Assembly: GCA_965603065.1 (NCBI GenBank)
Contig: CBFDBP010000001.1
Location: 1 to 50,350, forward strand
Source: an uncultured Gammaproteobacteria bacterium
GTDB taxonomy: Bacteria; Pseudomonadota; Gammaproteobacteria; DSM-19610
DNA length: 50,350 nt
Reading direction: 5' to 3'
A model generated the notes under the pieces. The model saw only the letters and a program-made list of their open reading frames with translations, was not told the DNA's origin and did not search any database. The position numbers and the translations under genes are program-made. Below, piece by piece: positions 47,039 to 50,350 of this stretch (positions within the stretch are counted from its first letter, which is position 1; the number at the start of each line of letters is the position of its first letter).

Positions 47039-48976
47039 TTATTGGCTCTCGCGATTGGCCTTAAGATCATCGACTACGCCAGGGTCAGCCAGCGTTGAGG
47101 TGTCGCCGAGGCTGTCGATTTCATTGGCTGCAATCTTGCGCAGGATTCGCCGCATGATTTTTCCGGAGCGGGTTTTCGGCAGGCCCGGTGCCCATTGTAT
47201 GACGTCTATGGTGGCGATAGGGCCGATTTCATTACGCACCAGTCTGATCAGTTCCGTTTTAAGTGCATCGGTGTATTCGACACCCTTGACCAGCGTCACA
47301 TACGCATAGATACCCTGACCCTTGATGTCGTGTGGATAACCGACGACGGCGGCTTCGGCGACATCATTGTGCAGGACCAGGGCGCTTTCCAGTTCAGCCG
47401 TACCGAGACGGTGGCCGGAAACGTTCAGCACATCGTCGACACGACCGGTAATCCAGTAATAACCGTCCTCATCGCGTCGTGCACCATCGCCGGTAACATA
47501 CATGCCCGGATAGGTGGAGAAATAGGTGTTTATGAAGCGCTGGTGATCACCGTACACTGTCCGCATCTGGCCGGGCCAGGGGCGGGTGATGACCAGGTTA
47601 CCTTCCGCTGCGCCTTCCAACAGATCGCCTTCGTTGTCGACCAGGGCGGGAACAACGCCAAAAAACGGGGTTGTGGCCGAACCCGGTTTGAGTGCCGTGG
47701 CGCCGGGTAGTGGTGTGATCAGATGGCCACCGGTTTCGGTTTGCCACCAGGTATCCACGATCGGGCAGCGCGCATCGCCAACTACCTTGTGATACCACTC
47801 CCAGGCTTCCGGGTTTATCGGTTCGCCGACCGTACCCAGCAGGCGCAGCGAACTGCGCGAAGTCTTCCTGACCGGTTCCTCGCCTTCGCGCATCAGTGCG
47901 CGGATGGCGGTCGGTGCCGTGTAGAAGGTGGTGACCTGGTGCTTGTCGCAGACCTGCCACAAGCGCGATGCGTCAGGGTAGGTGGGTATGCCTTCGAACA
48001 TCAGGGTGGTCGCGCCGTTGTTCAGCGGTCCGTACAGGATATAGGTATGTCCGGTAATCCAGCCGACATCTGCGGTACACCAGTAATGTTCCCCGTCATG
48101 GTAGTCGAACACGTACTTGTGTGTAATCGCGGCGAATAACAGATAGCCACCGCTGGTATGCAATACACCTTTGGGCTTGCCGGTGGAGCCCGAGGTGTAG
48201 AGGATAAACAGCGGATCTTCGGCGTCCATCCGCGCCGGCTCACAGTCACTGTCAACTGTGCCGGCGATCTCGTGCAGCCAGACATCACGTTGCGCATGCC
48301 ATTGCACATCGCCACCGGTCCGCTTGACGACAACGACGGTGTGCACATTGGGGCAGGATTCCAGTGCCTTGTCGGTGTTGCTCTTGAGGGGCACGGCTTT
48401 GCCACCACGTATGCCTTCATCGGCGGTGATAACAACCCGACAGTCCGAATCCAGGATGCGGTCCTTGATGGATTCGGGAGAAAAACCACCGAAAACCACA
48501 GAGTGAACGGCACCGATGCGCGCGCAGGCCAGCATGGCGTAGGCAGCTTCCGGGATCATAGGCAGATAGATACAGACCCGATCACCTTTTTGCACACCGC
48601 GTGCTTTCAGAACATTGGCAAAGCTGCACACTTCCCTGTGCAGTTCGCGGTAAGTGATTTTCTTGTCTTCGTTGGGATCGTCGCCTTCCCAGATAATAGC
48701 GACCTGGTCACCGCGGCTTTCCAGGTGACGGTCCACACAGTTGTAACAGACGTTGAGTTCGGCGCCCTCAAACCAGCTTATTTTACCCTCGCTGAAATCC
48801 CATTCCAGCACCTTGTTCCAGGGTTTGTACCAGCTGACGAACTTTTCAGCCTGTTCCGCCCAGAATCCTTCGGGGTCATCTACGGAGTGTTTGTACATCT
48901 CCTGGTAAAGGGCTGCATCGATATGTGCCTGCGCAGCGAAAGATTCGGGTACTGGATAGATCTTTTCCTCAGACAT
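47039..48976 (-). CDS. acs: Acetate-CoA ligase
   Basis: [30 protein letters not shown] and [11 protein letters not shown]. Confidence 0.97.
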   Translation of the reverse strand: MSEEKIYPVPESFAAQAHIDAALYQEMYKHSVDDPEGFWAEQAEKFVSWYKPWNKVLEWDFSEGKISWFEGAELNVCYNCVDRHLESRGDQVAIIWEGDDPNEDKKITYRELHREVCSFANVLKARGVQKGDRVCIYLPMIPEAAYAMLACARIGAVHSVVFGGFSPESIKDRILDSDCRVVITADEGIRGGKAVPLKSNTDKALESCPNVHTVVVVKRTGGDVQWHAQRDVWLHEIAGTVDSDCEPARMDAEDPLFILYTSGSTGKPKGVLHTSGGYLLFAAITHKYVFDYHDGEHYWCTADVGWITGHTYILYGPLNNGATTLMFEGIPTYPDASRLWQVCDKHQVTTFYTAPTAIRALMREGEEPVRKTSRSSLRLLGTVGEPINPEAWEWYHKVVGDARCPIVDTWWQTETGGHLITPLPGATALKPGSATTPFFGVVPALVDNEGDLLEGAAEGNLVITRPWPGQMRTVYGDHQRFINTYFSTYPGMYVTGDGARRDEDGYYWITGRVDDVLNVSGHRLGTAELESALVLHNDVAEAAVVGYPHDIKGQGIYAYVTLVKGVEYTDALKTELIRLVRNEIGPIATIDVIQWAPGLPKTRSGKIMRRILRKIAANEIDSLGDTSTLADPGVVDDLKANRESQ

Positions 48977-49055
48977 CTGGATGCTCCTCTGGCTGGTATG
49001 GCTAGGCTCTTTAGCTAGAGCCGGATTTTTATTTGGCCTGGCGGCATAGTAGCGA

Positions 49056-49964
49056 CTAGTGTACCTCGATCATTCGGGTATTGGGAATCCGCCCCGCTTG
49101 CCAGTTAGGCACCGCCCAGGCCCAGAAATCGGCCAGCTGGCTGTTTTCGAGTCCTGCGGGCACGCGCTGACCGAGAAAGCACAGGGCTGCGGTCAGCGAC
49201 GATACGGCCTGTTGCGGAGAGACAGCGGGCGCGTTGGTTTGCTTGCTCAGCTTTTCACCGCTTTCGTTAACCGCGACGGGCAGATGAAGGTAACGGGGCA
49301 GCGCGTATCCCAGTGACTGCTGCAGAAAGATCTGTCGGCAGGTGGAATCGAGTAAATCGGCGCCACGAACGACATCGGTTATACCCTGCTCGGCGTCGTC
49401 AACGACCACTGCCAGCTGATAGGCGAACAGCCCGTCTGCTCGCCGGATGATAAAATCGCCGCTTTTTGCAGGCAGCCATTCCTCGATATCACCCTGCAGG
49501 CGATCACCGAAACGGACATCAAGGTCTGCCACGCGCAGACGCAGGGCACGCGCTTCACGGCCTTGAGGCAGTCCGTTACGGCAGGTGCCCGGGTAGACGT
49601 TGCTACTGCCGCTGCGTGCGACATTTTCCTGGACATCCTTGCGTGAGCAGCCGCAGGGATATACCAGCTGTGCATGCTCAAGCTGTTCCAGGACCTGCTG
49701 ATAGGCGTCATGACGCTGACTCTGATACCTGACCTCGCTGTCCCAGTAAAGACCAAAGGCTTCCAGGGTGCGAAGAATATCGTCGGCGGCACCACGTACT
49801 TCCCTGGGTGGATCGAGGTCTTCCATGCGCACCAGCCACTCACCACCACGTGAACGGGCATCGAGAAAACTGCCAACCGCTGCGATCAGCGAACCAAAAT
49901 GCAGTGGTCCGGTGGGCGAGGGCGCAAAGCGTCCGCGATACGTTTTATTACTGGCGGAATACAA
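49056..49964 (-). CDS. gluQ: Glutamyl-Q tRNA(Asp) synthetase
   Basis: [32 protein letters not shown] and KLSKQ; no anticodon-binding domain. Confidence 0.93.
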   Translation of the reverse strand: MYSASNKTYRGRFAPSPTGPLHFGSLIAAVGSFLDARSRGGEWLVRMEDLDPPREVRGAADDILRTLEAFGLYWDSEVRYQSQRHDAYQQVLEQLEHAQLVYPCGCSRKDVQENVARSGSSNVYPGTCRNGLPQGREARALRLRVADLDVRFGDRLQGDIEEWLPAKSGDFIIRRADGLFAYQLAVVVDDAEQGITDVVRGADLLDSTCRQIFLQQSLGYALPRYLHLPVAVNESGEKLSKQTNAPAVSPQQAVSSLTAALCFLGQRVPAGLENSQLADFWAWAVPNWQAGRIPNTRMIEVH

Positions 49965-50102
49965 TTATTTCGACTGTTTTCTCTGCGGGTGTTTTGAATG
50001 GACTCAATAAAAAACCGGCCCGAGGAGGCCATTATTCCGTCTACACACGTCCATTAAGCATCTGAAATCCTTGATTACAAGTCTTTTTATGTCTACGCTT
50101 AT

Positions 50103-50350
50103 CTACCGTCCCTCGCTTAGGGTAACTTTCTTTAGCTGTTTTAGTTGTTCGCGATTCCCCGTCAAGCCTGAATATTCGACTGATTTTGAGAGTTTTATGA
50201 GGTCGTGGCTGTAGCGGCCCTTTACATCTTTCTGAAACAGTTCCTTGGAGCACCCGACGTATAATCTAGTCAAACCTGCTTTCAGGAACAGCTCAACCGC
50301 GTATCCAACAAGCAATGTACTTGAATGCACTTGCAGTTTCCATCGCTTGA
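50103..50350 (-). pseudogene. Low-GC HEPN-like gene 3' part, possibly disrupted; runs off the window
   Basis: LLVGYAVELFLKA...SHDLIKL pattern typical of HEPN helical bundles; ends at EGR* where such proteins often continue RYP; markedly lower GC than its neighbours. Confidence 0.45.

Noticed and set aside
48158-49018. 286-aa antisense ORF (and similar ORFs opposite hynL, RND, infB and pnp)
   Set aside because: Shadow ORFs on the opposite strand of conserved genes.

Overview
GC-rich gammaproteobacterial chromosome segment. The gene content (group 1e Hyn/Isp hydrogenase, SoxH-like metallohydrolase) suggests a Chromatiales-like sulfur/hydrogen oxidiser; this is an inference. The left ~34 kb is accessory and holds: a repeat-rich left edge, an opine oxidase/HcnABC-type dehydrogenase operon, ParA-like, CarS-like, metallophosphoesterase and QW-repeat genes, gpmI-pfkB, a KirBac channel, a hynD-usp-hupH-hynS-isp1-isp2-hynL [NiFe]-hydrogenase operon divergent from hypCABDFE, and several ion transporters including a nonsense-broken antiporter pseudogene. 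The right ~16 kb is mostly core: rimP-nusA-infB-rbfA-truB-rpsO-pnp, then CBS, MBL, beta-propeller, yheT-like, acs and gluQ, ending in a low-GC HEPN-like fragment. I found no rRNA, tRNA, CRISPR array or transposase. The best unexplained signals are (1) a dispersed ~105-115 bp palindromic element present twice, with a 58-bp near-identical core and co-diverged self-complementary arms, (2) a mini-hairpin tandem array next to the first copy, (3) three FNR-type promoters with identical geometry, and (4) a USP gene apparently inserted into the hydrogenase operon behind a possible hupH remnant. All calls come from reading the sequence by eye; no database searches were run.
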